NCBI GenBank assembly: GCA_029560465.1
Contig: JAKQKX010000069.1
Span: 6,447-70,446, forward strand
Direction of reading: 5' to 3'
DNA: 64,000 nt
From: Candidatus Omnitrophota bacterium
GTDB lineage: Bacteria > Omnitrophota > Gorgyraeia > Zapsychrales > JANLHA01
Shown here: piece after piece, positions 54,229-64,000 of the stretch
How the letters are laid out: each line of letters begins with the position of its first letter
Position numbering within the stretch: position 1 is the stretch's first letter
The notes under the pieces: model-generated
Told to the model about the DNA's origin: nothing
The model's database searches: none
What the model saw: only the letters and a program-made list of their open reading frames with translations
Translations under genes and position numbers: made by a program

Positions 54229-55423
54229 CGGCGGAAGCTCATCGTTGAGCTATAAAATCTTTGATTGGCACAACGCCCTTCAAGTTGATTTAATTTTAAA
54301 AGGGAAGGCCTACCGGGTGGGCGTGAAAGGGACCAGGGATTCTTATGTTGAAAATTGTTTCCAGGGCAGGGCTGAAAGAAAGGTTGTTCCCATCCCCGAT
54401 CACTCCGCCGCGGCGATTTTAGCGGCCACGTATATTAAGCAAAATAAAATACATGTGGACGCTATTGGACACCGGTTTGTCCACGGCGGGGAATATTTTA
54501 AGCGGGCTGCGGTGATTGACCGGGATAATTTTAAGAGACTAGAACGGTGTTTGCCTTTGGCCCCGCTTCATAACCCGATTTCGTTTAACGTCATTAAGGA
54601 AGCCAGGAAGCTATTCCCGCGGGTCCCGCAGTACGCTGTTATGGATTCCGCTTTTCATTCGACGTTGCCCCCCAAGGCGTATGCTTATCCGCTTCCTGAA
54701 AGAATTATCCGGCGATACAAATATCGCCGTTACGGGTTTCATGGGATTTCCTGTTCGTATATTTGCCGTCGTGTCCCGGAGTTTTTGAAGATTAATCCTA
54801 GGACGATTAATATGATCATCTGCCACTTAGGAACGGGTGGGGCCAGTGTCACGGCGGTCCGGGGGGGGTGTTCTGTTGACACCTCGATGGGGGCGTCCCC
54901 CAATACGGGGCTGATTATGAGCACGCGTTCGGGGGATATTGATCCGATGGTTATCTTTCATTTGATGCGGACGCGAGGCTATGGCTCAGAGGAGGTGGAG
55001 GATTTGTTGAATAAAAAAAGCGGGCTTTTAGGGCTTTCCGGGTTTTCGAGCGATATCACGGATATTATCGATGGGATGAAGGATAAACGGTTTCAAAAAA
55101 AGGCCCGGTTGGCTTTTGACACGTATGTCCACCGGCTGAAGAATTACATCGGAAGCTATGTCGCTGTCCTCGGCGGCCGGATCGACGCGTTAGTTTTTAC
55201 GGATGACATAGGCGTTCATAATCCGTTGATTCGTGAGAAAGTGTGCTCTTCGCTGCATTGGGCGGGGATTGTCCTGGACAGAAGAAGAAACCGGCGGGCG
55301 CCGATGAATCAGCCGGCCCTTATTCAATCCTCCTGTTCAGAGGTTGCAATCGTAACGATGCCCACTGATGAGGAACTTATGATTTGTCTTGAGGGGGGGC
55401 GGCTTTGGGAGGGCAGGACATGA
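54182..55423 (+). CDS. ackA: Acetate kinase
   Basis: N-terminal MRILVFNGGSSSLSYKIF (NxGSSSxKY signature), YGFHG, HLGTGGAS, MSTRSGDIDP. It overlaps the end of pta. The alternative start is 54209. Confidence 0.85.
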   Translation: MYLLILTSTMRILVFNGGSSSLSYKIFDWHNALQVDLILKGKAYRVGVKGTRDSYVENCFQGRAERKVVPIPDHSAAAILAATYIKQNKIHVDAIGHRFVHGGEYFKRAAVIDRDNFKRLERCLPLAPLHNPISFNVIKEARKLFPRVPQYAVMDSAFHSTLPPKAYAYPLPERIIRRYKYRRYGFHGISCSYICRRVPEFLKINPRTINMIICHLGTGGASVTAVRGGCSVDTSMGASPNTGLIMSTRSGDIDPMVIFHLMRTRGYGSEEVEDLLNKKSGLLGLSGFSSDITDIIDGMKDKRFQKKARLAFDTYVHRLKNYIGSYVAVLGGRIDALVFTDDIGVHNPLIREKVCSSLHWAGIVLDRRRNRRAPMNQPALIQSSCSEVAIVTMPTDEELMICLEGGRLWEGRT

Positions 55424-56151
55424 TCCCGGGTGGCCAGGACCGTTTTTTTTCGCGCTTGCCGGAATTTGCCAGGTTATACGCTATCCCGTATGAATTGTCG
55501 CAGCAGGGTGTTCAAAAACACGGCAGGGACGGCGTAATTCATCGATGGGCGCTTGAAAGAATCACAAACAAGACTGGGCAGAAATTTCACAAGGTCATAG
55601 GTATTTTGATCGGTGAGCACACGAATCTCGCCGCGATCAGGGCTGGCCAGCCCATTGATGTCAGCGATGGATTCTCCCGCCTGGACGGCCTTTTTTCGGA
55701 AACCCGCTGCGGGGCGATCGACAGTTCGGTCATTTTTCAGATGCTTGGTGACGGAATTTCCGGGGAGAGGATTGAAGAGGTGTTGTCTCAAGAGAGCGGG
55801 TTTAAGGCTTTGGCGGGAGGGGAATGCACGTTGAACCATATTCTTCAAAGGAGAGATTCGAAAGCGAAATTCGCAAAGGAAGTTTTTTGTTATCAGATTT
55901 TGAAATATATAGGAGCCTTTACCGCAAGCTTGGGGGGCGTGGACCTGATTCTGTTTGTGGGAGAAGGCAGCCTACAAATTAGAAGATTGGCATTTGATTT
56001 GACCGGCCACTTGAGGTTTATGGGGGTCAAAAAAAAAGCAGCGGTTCCTTCTGGAGAAATCGCGTGGTTAACGACCCGCGGTTCAACCATTAAGGTTTGC
56101 TTTATAAATTGTTTGGGGCAGCCAGCCCCCTCGCCGCGGTCCGGTCGGTGA
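55405..56151 (+). pseudogene. 5'-truncated, degenerate acetate kinase paralog (C-terminal half only)
   Basis: It aligns to AckA residues about 190-400 (YAIPYEL..., KYIGAFTASLGGVDLILFVGEGS...), but the conserved motifs are degraded (HLGNGAS is GEHTNLAA, SMGxTPLEG is SDGFSRLDG). It has no N-terminal domain. Confidence 0.55.
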
Positions 56152-56263
56152 ACTTTTCGTGTGCACGCTCCCACAAAAATATGGAAAGCTTTTTACTGAA
56201 GAAAGATGTAAAATATCTTTTTGTCATTCAATGGGGGATGACGAAAGACGAAAGGAAGAATCA

Positions 56264-56650
56264 ATGAACAAAACGATGGGAGTGCTGCTTTTGAGCCTTG
56301 GTTTTTGGGCCTTGGGGTGCGGGAACCAGCAGGCTCAAGCGGCCGATCCGCAGGATACTGTGGCAGCCGAGGTGAGCGAGGTGGAGGCTGTCGTGAAAGA
56401 GGATCCACTGACTGAAAGCTTGGCGAAGAAAGCCAAAACTTTTTTGGCCCGGGCCCAGCAATTTTTGGACGAAGGACAGTACAAAGACGCAATCGCCGTG
56501 GCTCAAAATATTTTGAGTTTTGATCCTAAAAATGCCGACGCTCAAAAAATTTTTGAAACAGCCAAGGCTAAACTTGCCGAATTGACAAAGGAAAAAGCGG
56601 GGAACGTGACGTCCGGCTTGCTGGATACGCTGGGGACGACAGAAGAATAA
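56264..56650 (+). CDS. Lipoprotein with a TPR-like helical region
   Basis: Signal and lipobox MNKTMGVLLLSLGFWALGCG. Helical, Ala/Lys-rich C-terminal part. The track ORF starts at 56159. Confidence 0.45.
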   Translation: MNKTMGVLLLSLGFWALGCGNQQAQAADPQDTVAAEVSEVEAVVKEDPLTESLAKKAKTFLARAQQFLDEGQYKDAIAVAQNILSFDPKNADAQKIFETAKAKLAELTKEKAGNVTSGLLDTLGTTEE

Positions 56651-56688
56651 AGACCGTCGCGACGGTTTTCAAGAAATTTCCTTTTTCC

Positions 56689-56728
56689 CGGCCCTGTTTC
56701 TTATCAGGAAACAGGGTTTTTTTTGTTC
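56689..56728 (+). terminator. Rho-independent terminator
   Basis: CCCTGTTTC-TTATCAG-GAAACAGGG followed by T8. Confidence 0.5.
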
Positions 56729-56946
56729 CTTGGAGGTATAATATGTGTTGTCTAGCGTCGTTATGGTTAAAAGGTGGATCAGATTATGCTTGGAGGACGT
56801 TAGATTTTTAAAGTTTTTTCGTCTAGTATTAAGAGAGCGGTTTCTGTTTTTCGGATTTTTATTTTCGCTTTTATCTGAATATCAGCCTCAGACAGCCTTT
56901 CCTGATTCAGGAATAATATATTATCAACCCCACAAAGGAGACTTTT

Positions 56947-59900
56947 ATGCCCCAACACATGCCCCCTCAGCGCTGGAAAACAATCGTAACGGCCGTGCTT
57001 TCTGCGGCCGTGTTTGCGTTAAGCGTTCCCGCTTACGCGGCCGGCCTTTACGCGGATATCATTACGGCCAATGAAAATGCCGAAACCGGTTCAGTATTAG
57101 TGAACAATGAGGATAACACGTTCACTAGGATTACTCCTGATGTGGTGTTGGGCAGGTATCCTAATTATGTCGCTGCCGCTGATTTTAATGAAGATGATAT
57201 CCCGGATCTGGTGGCCGTTAATGGAAGGGGAGAGCATACGTTAGGTTTTCTTACGGGGAAGGGCAATGGCGAGTTTGAGCCGCGCACCATTTATGATGTG
57301 GGGTATGAAGTCGCCAATGGTGTGGCCATGGGGGATTTTAATAAAGATGGTCATCTGGATATTCTGGTGCCAAACTGGAATCCTGGAGGAATGGTGCAGA
57401 TCCTTGCAGGGGATGGGAACGGGAATTTTTCTCTCTCCGGCACCTGGGCTGTCGATGGCTGGGCCAATAATGTCACCGTGGGGGATTATAACAAGGACGG
57501 GAACCTTGATGGCGCGGTGTGCAATTGGACCTCATCGGAGATTACTATCCTCTATGGTGATGGTAACGGCGGCTTTTCATCAGATCAAAAGTTAGCCACT
57601 GAAATACGGCCGCAAAATATCCAAACAAGCGATTTTGATCATGACGGCAATGATGATCTCGTCCTTGCCTGCGCGTTGAACCCGGCGGTAACGGTGTTTT
57701 TGAACAACGGCGATAACACTTTTGCCCGCCAGGAATTGAATCTTAACACGGATTTGGGCGGGTCAGGCATAGTGCGTATCGGAGATTTTAATAATGATAC
57801 TTATCCGGATTTGGTGACGTTCACGAGACTGTCCGGGCAATGGTTTTTGTCGGTTTTTCTGTGGGATGTTGGTAATCAAAAATTTGCTTCTCATTTGAAT
57901 TCTCAAATCGAGAATCTGGTCTATACGCCTAGCGGAATGGCAGCGGCGGATTTTAATGGCGATGGGTTGATGGATGTTGTTTTCGGGAACCTGGAAGATC
58001 AAAAAGTTTCTATTTATTTAGGGAAGGGTAAGGGCACGTTCGACACCGAATCTCCAATCGATGTCGTTGTGGGTGGGACGCCAGTGGGACTAACCGTGCT
58101 TGATTGGGATTACGAGCCGCCGTTTCCTCCTTTAGGGGAAGGGTTGCTTTTGAAGTACACATTCTCCAATGATAACGGCAGTATTGTACTGGATGAAAGC
58201 GGCAACGGGCACAACGCCGCGGTTCTGAACGGCGCGGCTTATACCAGTGAAGGCCGTTTCGGGGGGGCGTATCATTTTGACGGGAGCAATGACGTTATCC
58301 TGGTGAATGATGATTTGGGGTATCAGCCGTCCGGGACGATTTCTTTCTGGATGAAAGCGGACGCGGTGGAAAACTGGCGCAACCCTTTCTCGACGGATTA
58401 CGCCAGCTGGGATGATAATATCCGTTTTGAAGAAAGTGTTGACGGGAAGTTCACCATGGGCGCCTTGGGGTTGAGCACGGTGACCCCGGCCCCGGAGGGC
58501 GTGTATGAAGAAACTTACACGGATTCTCTTCAGGCTAACCGCTGGTACCACGTGGTGTACGCCTGGGATGAAGCGCGTGATTACGGGTATCTGGACGGGC
58601 AACTGGTTTTCACCAGCTTTCATCCGGCCGCGGATGTTAAAGTGCATCCCAACCTTGGCACCGCCGGTTCTTACCGGCCGATAACCTTGGATTTGAACCG
58701 TGTGGCTGTCGGCAACGGGTATTCGCAGGAAGCCAACCGGTATTGGAAGGGTTTTGTGGATGAGGTTTATATTTATAACCGGGTGATTTCCTCCGAGGAG
58801 GTGCTTGCCTTATACAACGGGGTTTCCCGGGGGCGCGTGTACCAGGATTTTGAAGCGGGCAATGGCACTCCAGCCATGTATTGTCAGGGGATTAACGGCG
58901 CAACCGCTGGCGTGTCTACAAACATTGTCCGTTCTGGGAATTCTTCTTGTGAGCAAGTAGGTTCCACTTGGGGAGGGATAACAGTGTATCCCCAGAGCCC
59001 GGCAGGCCACATAGATTTTGACCCGGAGCATAATGACCGGTTGAGTTTCTGGATTTATCCTTTACCGGCGACGGGCCCTAATAACGTTGCGGTGCGGTTT
59101 TTTGATGACGGTTTGTATGACGGGATAAGTCATCCGGGTTTTGAGATTTGGACTACCAAGAAAGTAGATGTCGGTGAATGGTCAGAGTTGACGGTCTTGT
59201 TCTCACAGCTGCCGGATGATTTTAATTTGAATCATGTCGTGAAAATAAATTTCGTCAACTATCACGCCGGAACGTATTATTTTGATGATATGCGGGTTGT
59301 TTTGGGTGATCGCCCTTATCAGGCTTTTGAGCGGAATGTGCTTGATGGCCCGTTGCCGTGGGGATATCCGGGTGGTGCCTGGTTTGGCACTGCGGGATAT
59401 TCTGGTTCGGGAGAACCAGTTTATGAAGGCAACTCTTCCTGGAAACTCATCACCGATCCCGGTAAATCCGGTGAATGGGCGGGAGTGTGGTTGATATCTC
59501 AGGAACGTGCTTGTGATGCTTCTGGCGACCACTGTTATAGACCTGATAATGGGGATGATTACCGTCATGTCAACCTAAACCCGGCACATCTTGTCCTGCC
59601 GCAGTTTGACAAACTGACATTTTGGGTGTATCAGTTGGCTGAGAATGGGATGAGCAATAATGTTAACGTGCAGTTTTTGGATAACGGGGATTATAGGAAT
59701 TCTCCTTTATCAATTTGGACAGAAAAGAGTGCTGAATATGGGCAATGGACCCGTCTGGACATTCCTTTCAGCGCCATACAAGAGAAGAGCCTTTCTGAGG
59801 GGAAGATCTTTAATTTACAGGATTTATATGAAGTTAAGCTTCAGATTTTCTGGCCGGGGACGTATTATTTTGATGACATCCGGGTGACGGCGTTGCCGGA

Positions 59901-62838
59901 GTTGACGATCAATCAGGCTTTGCTTCCCGAAGGGATTGCCTCTTGGAATAAATATCTGGACGGCGCGCAATACACGCTGCAGCAAAGTGACGCCGGGCCA
60001 GAGGGGCCGTGGACAACGATTTATTCCGGCCCGGAAACGAGCGTCGATCTTCAGGAACTGGAGAGTTCCTGGCTGCGGGTGCGCTGGGGTATTCCCAATG
60101 AAATCGACGGAGTTGTTTTGGTGGAATCCGATTGGAGCGACGTGGTTGAGTATTTCGCCAAACCGGCGCTGATCAAATACGCCCGTTTGCAGGAAGGGTA
60201 TGTGGAATGGGCGGCCCAGCCGCTGGCGGTTTCCTACGTGGTGGAAAAAGGAGCCGGCCGTGACGGCGGCTGGACGCAGATTTACAGCGGGCCGCAGACC
60301 ACGTTAACTTTGTCGGGTTCCGACATCGGTAAATGGTACCGCGTACGCGCGGTGGGTGAGGTTGACAGCGGCGCGTGGAGCCCGGCGTTGTTGTATGACC
60401 CGGAGGGTTTTGTGCGGGCGGCGGGGCTTCATCTCCGGGAGCGGAATGGCGCCGGTGATGTGGTGCAGCTTAAAGGGGTTAACCTGGGGAATTACCTGCT
60501 CCTTGAATCCTGGATGCTGGGCAAGGGCCCGGAGTTTGAAAAACATCTGGATGATCCGGAGCCGGGCGGCAAGTATTTTGATGACTGGGCTATTCGTGAA
60601 TATTTAGGCGCCCAAGCCCAGAATGTTTTAGATGTTTATCAGGACGCGTATATTCAGGAAAGCGACTTTGATAATATCCTGCGGATGGGGTTCAACTATA
60701 TTCGCCTGCCGCTTTATTACCGGAATATCTGCGATCTGGATGAGAGCGGTCAATGGACCTGCGGCGGTAATTTTGATTTCAGTAAGATTGATGAAATCGT
60801 GAACTACTGTGCGGACCGTGGGATTTACGTGCTTCTGGATTTGCACGGCGCTCCGGGAAGCCAGAGCGGGGAATTTCATACCGGGCGGGAATCGGTGGAA
60901 CCACCTGGCCCCGGGTATTTCCATCAGTTATTTAATCCGGCGGTGAGCACTTATCGGGACCGGACGGTGGAACTGTGGAATAAGATCGCTGATCATTATA
61001 AAGATAATCCGGCGGTGATCGGCTATGACCTTTTAAACGAGCCGACCGGATTTGAAGATTATGTGGGCGGCCTCGCTTTGCTGCACGCCCTTTATGATGG
61101 TATCTATCAGGAAATCCGTGATACCGTGGGTGACGATCATCATGTTATCGTCATGGAAGGCGCCTGGGATTGGGATTCCCTGCCCAAGCCGGAAGATATG
61201 AGTTGGGAAAACGTGATGTACCAGTTCCACTATTATTGTTGGGAAAATAGAAATGAGGCAACCGGAGAACTCCTGCTTCCTGTCTTGGGTGAGACCTGCC
61301 CTGCGTATAACCCGGAAGAATATTCTGAATTCATTCCTAATCTGACATTTAGTGACGTTATAGACTATCATAAAGCTTTTGTCGACCAAAAGGTGTCGGA
61401 TTCACAGGTTTACCAGGAAGATTATGATGTTCCTGTCCTCGTCGGTGAATTTAACGCCTTTGGCATCAAAGACGCTTGGGAGTATTATTTAAGCCGTTTC
61501 AACGCCGAAGGCTGGAGCTGGTCCTTGTGGTCATATAAGGTGCACAGCTACCCGAATAATTGGGGCTTATACAATCATTTTCTCTATGACGAAACCCTGC
61601 CCAATTTTGACGAGGACAGCCAGGCCGACCTGGAACGGAAGCTTTCCAAGTATGACACGGCTTTGCATCATGTCCCCAACACTTCGTTGATCAATGTCGT
61701 GACGGATAATCTGGGTCGGATTGATTATGACGGGGATGGGCTGTCCGATGCTGTTGACGGCGACGTGACCGGGTATTCCAACAGTTTTAATGATCATGGC
61801 GATCCCGCTACTTACGGCGAGATCCTGAGCCGGGGGGATCAGATCCTGACCATTGTTGACGATCTCGATCCTTTAGCCGGAGTCAGAATTAAGGCCGATG
61901 CCAGCGGCGGCGCTGTTCCCGCGGAAGTGACGGCGTGTTCAGAGGCGGGGAATATCTTCTTGTCTCCCGGTGATGAAGTGGTCGTGACCTGCGGCAGCAT
62001 CGGGGTGGATGTGACGGGCGGGCCTGTTGACATTGAATTGAACGCGATGTCCGGGGATATTGCGACAGCCGTGTTGGAAACCGGGGATAAGATCATCTTT
62101 TATCCGGAAACTTTAACATTCGTTAACAACGGGATGAGGACAATTGTTTTGTCTTTCCGGGGGCGGCAGATTTCAGTAGATGCTGGAACGTCCGGTGTGT
62201 TGAATCATGCCTCTCACGCGCAGCCCGGCCCGGATCAGGTTGTGGAATGCACCGGCCCGCAGGGTTGTGAAGTTGTGCTGGATGGCTCGGGCTCTACGGA
62301 TGAGGACGGAGATCCTTTAACGTATCTCTGGTCTGGTCCGCAGGGGAATATGTCCGGTGTCAGCCAAACCCTTACGCTTTCTCTGGGAGTCCACACGTTC
62401 ACTTTGACAGTGCAGGATCCTCTCGGAGAAACGGATTCGAAAACAGTGCAGGTGACTGTGCAGGACACCACTTTGCCGCAGTTGAGTGTGAGCGTGAACC
62501 CTGCTGTTTTATGGCCGCCAAACCATAAAATGGTCAAGGTAACGCCTGTTGTTGCGGCCACGGATACCTGTGACCCTGCTCCCTTGGTGATGTTAACGTC
62601 CATTACCATGAATGAAGGCGATCAAATCAATACCTATGATCCTAATTATGATGCCGGAGTGTCGGAGGGAAACACGTTGCAGGACATACGGGTTGATGCG
62701 GACGGCCAAATTTATTTGCGGGCCGAACGGCACGGCGCCTCGAATGGCCGGACTTATACGATCCTTTACACCGCGATGGACGCCTCCGGGAACAGTAAGA
62801 GCGCCGCAGCCATTGTGGCTGTGCCCAAGAACCCGTAA
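56947..62838 (+). CDS. Giant secreted protein: FG-GAP/VCBS repeat beta-propeller, LamG-like jelly roll, glycoside hydrolase family 5 domain, PKD domain
   Basis: Signal peptide ...VFALSVPAYAAGL. Repeated GDFNxDGxxD FG-GAP units. LamG-like segment SGTISFWMKADAV. GH5 motifs NYIRLPLYY, LDLHGAPGSQ, GYDLLNEP (NEP acid/base). PKD-like DGSGSTDEDGDPLTYLWS. AAGGAG RBS. Confidence 0.85.
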   Translation: MPQHMPPQRWKTIVTAVLSAAVFALSVPAYAAGLYADIITANENAETGSVLVNNEDNTFTRITPDVVLGRYPNYVAAADFNEDDIPDLVAVNGRGEHTLGFLTGKGNGEFEPRTIYDVGYEVANGVAMGDFNKDGHLDILVPNWNPGGMVQILAGDGNGNFSLSGTWAVDGWANNVTVGDYNKDGNLDGAVCNWTSSEITILYGDGNGGFSSDQKLATEIRPQNIQTSDFDHDGNDDLVLACALNPAVTVFLNNGDNTFARQELNLNTDLGGSGIVRIGDFNNDTYPDLVTFTRLSGQWFLSVFLWDVGNQKFASHLNSQIENLVYTPSGMAAADFNGDGLMDVVFGNLEDQKVSIYLGKGKGTFDTESPIDVVVGGTPVGLTVLDWDYEPPFPPLGEGLLLKYTFSNDNGSIVLDESGNGHNAAVLNGAAYTSEGRFGGAYHFDGSNDVILVNDDLGYQPSGTISFWMKADAVENWRNPFSTDYASWDDNIRFEESVDGKFTMGALGLSTVTPAPEGVYEETYTDSLQANRWYHVVYAWDEARDYGYLDGQLVFTSFHPAADVKVHPNLGTAGSYRPITLDLNRVAVGNGYSQEANRYWKGFVDEVYIYNRVISSEEVLALYNGVSRGRVYQDFEAGNGTPAMYCQGINGATAGVSTNIVRSGNSSCEQVGSTWGGITVYPQSPAGHIDFDPEHNDRLSFWIYPLPATGPNNVAVRFFDDGLYDGISHPGFEIWTTKKVDVGEWSELTVLFSQLPDDFNLNHVVKINFVNYHAGTYYFDDMRVVLGDRPYQAFERNVLDGPLPWGYPGGAWFGTAGYSGSGEPVYEGNSSWKLITDPGKSGEWAGVWLISQERACDASGDHCYRPDNGDDYRHVNLNPAHLVLPQFDKLTFWVYQLAENGMSNNVNVQFLDNGDYRNSPLSIWTEKSAEYGQWTRLDIPFSAIQEKSLSEGKIFNLQDLYEVKLQIFWPGTYYFDDIRVTALPELTINQALLPEGIASWNKYLDGAQYTLQQSDAGPEGPWTTIYSGPETSVDLQELESSWLRVRWGIPNEIDGVVLVESDWSDVVEYFAKPALIKYARLQEGYVEWAAQPLAVSYVVEKGAGRDGGWTQIYSGPQTTLTLSGSDIGKWYRVRAVGEVDSGAWSPALLYDPEGFVRAAGLHLRERNGAGDVVQLKGVNLGNYLLLESWMLGKGPEFEKHLDDPEPGGKYFDDWAIREYLGAQAQNVLDVYQDAYIQESDFDNILRMGFNYIRLPLYYRNICDLDESGQWTCGGNFDFSKIDEIVNYCADRGIYVLLDLHGAPGSQSGEFHTGRESVEPPGPGYFHQLFNPAVSTYRDRTVELWNKIADHYKDNPAVIGYDLLNEPTGFEDYVGGLALLHALYDGIYQEIRDTVGDDHHVIVMEGAWDWDSLPKPEDMSWENVMYQFHYYCWENRNEATGELLLPVLGETCPAYNPEEYSEFIPNLTFSDVIDYHKAFVDQKVSDSQVYQEDYDVPVLVGEFNAFGIKDAWEYYLSRFNAEGWSWSLWSYKVHSYPNNWGLYNHFLYDETLPNFDEDSQADLERKLSKYDTALHHVPNTSLINVVTDNLGRIDYDGDGLSDAVDGDVTGYSNSFNDHGDPATYGEILSRGDQILTIVDDLDPLAGVRIKADASGGAVPAEVTACSEAGNIFLSPGDEVVVTCGSIGVDVTGGPVDIELNAMSGDIATAVLETGDKIIFYPETLTFVNNGMRTIVLSFRGRQISVDAGTSGVLNHASHAQPGPDQVVECTGPQGCEVVLDGSGSTDEDGDPLTYLWSGPQGNMSGVSQTLTLSLGVHTFTLTVQDPLGETDSKTVQVTVQDTTLPQLSVSVNPAVLWPPNHKMVKVTPVVAATDTCDPAPLVMLTSITMNEGDQINTYDPNYDAGVSEGNTLQDIRVDADGQIYLRAERHGASNGRTYTILYTAMDASGNSKSAAAIVAVPKNP

Positions 62839-62868
62839 CGTTTGCGGATGATAATTCGTTTTTAGGCA

Positions 62869-62918
62869 CGCCGGTTTTGTCCTCAATATCAGGAGGCAAA
62901 GCCGGCGTGTTTTTTTGG
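62869..62918 (+). terminator. Rho-independent terminator
   Basis: CACGCCGGTTTTG ... CAAAGCCGGCGTG followed by T7. Confidence 0.55.
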
Positions 62919-63020
62919 GGGAACCCAGGACGTTCATCTCAGCAGATATTTCACATAGGTGTTGCGTCCGGTTGATCCCTTGGAGATAATGATTTTATCA
63001 GGACACCGAGTGAGAAATTT

Positions 63021-63743
63021 ATGTATTCAAAAATTAGATACAAAAACATTGAGGTTAGTTTTCTTTGGCGCCTGAACGGTGGCGGCATTATTTTTGCACA
63101 CGAGTTTGTCCATATTGTCTCTCAAAAAATAGGGAAGGTCGGGCATGTGTTTGAATACTGCGCCGGGCCGGGGTTTATCGGATTCTCCCTGCTGGCGAAT
63201 GGTTTATGCGACAGGTTGACCGTGGCGGACGTGAACCCTTTGGCCGTCGATGTTTTGAAAGACACGGTCAAAAATAATAATCTGCAGGACAGGGTGGCCG
63301 TGTATCACTCTGATTGCCTGGATGCCATTCCCGAAACGGAACGGTGGGACCTGGTCGTGGGCAACCCGCCGTGGATCCTGGATTCTAAAAACACGAAAGA
63401 GATCGCGGTGTGCGACCCCGGGGGCCGGGTGCATAAAAAATTTTTTAAGGATATTAAAGAACACCTTGTTCCCGGGGGATCGATTTTATTTATCGAAAGC
63501 ACTTGGTTCACGAGTGCCGGATCTTTTAAAGAGATGGTCGAGAGCAATGGATTAACGTTCCGGCAGATCCTCGGGCCGGTGTCTTACCCGGGTATTTTTA
63601 AAAACTGGGCGGAGTACAAAGGGCTTAAAACCCCGTTGATTATTTTCCTGCGTCTTTGTTTGGCTTTCCGGGACGCTTATTTTCTTTGGATTATGAGTCA
63701 AGACGATCTTCCTGTTCCTCCTTCCGGCCCTGGCCTGCTTTAG
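63021..63743 (+). CDS. Class I SAM-dependent methyltransferase (small MTase domain, NPPW motif)
   Basis: VFEYCAGPGFIGFSL (motif I-like) and LVVGNPPWIL (motif IV). The substrate is not assignable. Confidence 0.55.
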   Translation: MYSKIRYKNIEVSFLWRLNGGGIIFAHEFVHIVSQKIGKVGHVFEYCAGPGFIGFSLLANGLCDRLTVADVNPLAVDVLKDTVKNNNLQDRVAVYHSDCLDAIPETERWDLVVGNPPWILDSKNTKEIAVCDPGGRVHKKFFKDIKEHLVPGGSILFIESTWFTSAGSFKEMVESNGLTFRQILGPVSYPGIFKNWAEYKGLKTPLIIFLRLCLAFRDAYFLWIMSQDDLPVPPSGPGLL

Positions 63744-64000
63744 CCGGGGCCTTCAAAAAAGCCTTTCTGTCCACACATAAGTGTGGTATAATTTTCCCTG
63801 TATGCATGTATTAGACAAGTTATCTGCTCTGGCAAACAGCGCAAAATACGATGTCAGTTGCGCGTCCAGCGGTTCAACCCGGCAAGGAGGCGCCTTGGGC
63901 CGGGCGACTCTGGGAGGAATCTGCCACAGCTGGTCAGCGGATGGCCGGTGCATTTCTTTGTTAAAGGTCCTGTTCTCGAACATCTGCGTTTATGATTGCG

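Noticed and set aside
58132-58647. 171-aa minus-strand ORF inside the giant secreted protein gene
   Set aside because: Shadow ORF antisense to a continuous 5.9-kb frame with recognisable domains.

Overview
This looks like a bacterial chromosome segment of about 45% GC. Genes sit mostly on the + strand and are often translationally coupled through ATGA or TAATG overlaps. The window reads as five blocks.

(1) 1-14.3 kb is one tightly coupled five-gene operon and is the most interesting thing here. It encodes a type I-like N6-adenine methyltransferase (5' end off-window), a two-TRD specificity subunit, a 1379-aa NERD + tandem protein-kinase-like + P-loop NTPase protein, a 563-aa unknown protein, and an 1816-aa protein with a C-terminal HerA/FtsK-type ATPase. 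It ends at a terminator. I see no HsdR, PglZ or Dnd/Ssp modification genes inside the window. It looks like an undescribed methylation-coupled defense system with a Pgl/BREX-type-2-like or DndFGH-like logic.

(2) 14.3-19.5 kb holds regulatory and structured non-coding DNA, a small protein behind a large 5' UTR hairpin, a PAS-PAS-LuxR regulator, and a SpoVG homolog.

(3) 19.5-31.3 kb is an integrative conjugative element. It has a candidate oriT, a replication-relaxation family protein, a minimal type IV secretion system (VirB2, VirB3/4 fusion, B5, B6, B8, B10, VirD4, no VirB11 seen), two Xis-like genes and a tyrosine integrase.

(4) 31.3-48.9 kb is a tandem array of decayed integrative islands. 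They are separated by repeated 3' fragments of an initiator-tRNA-Met-like gene plus a conserved flanking block with TGGCAC direct repeats. Cargo is DUF3800 plus a coupled partner, an IS3 element with an A6-7G frameshift site, AbiEi/AbiEii, a MazG-like + DUF2075::S24-peptidase + SRA-HNH operon, a DUF4143 AAA ATPase behind iteron-like repeats, Fic, an ankyrin lipoprotein, and a tripartite HipB/HipS/HipT module. Two Xis pseudogenes and an IS3 remnant sit among them.

(5) 48.9-64 kb is core-like. It has an HspR-like regulator with three Hsp20 genes, an XRE-cupin regulator, a PAS protein with a degenerate GGDEF domain, pta-ackA followed by a truncated ackA duplicate, a 1963-aa secreted FG-GAP/LamG/GH5/PKD protein, and a small NPPW methyltransferase.

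I saw no CRISPR array, no rRNA and no intact tRNA.
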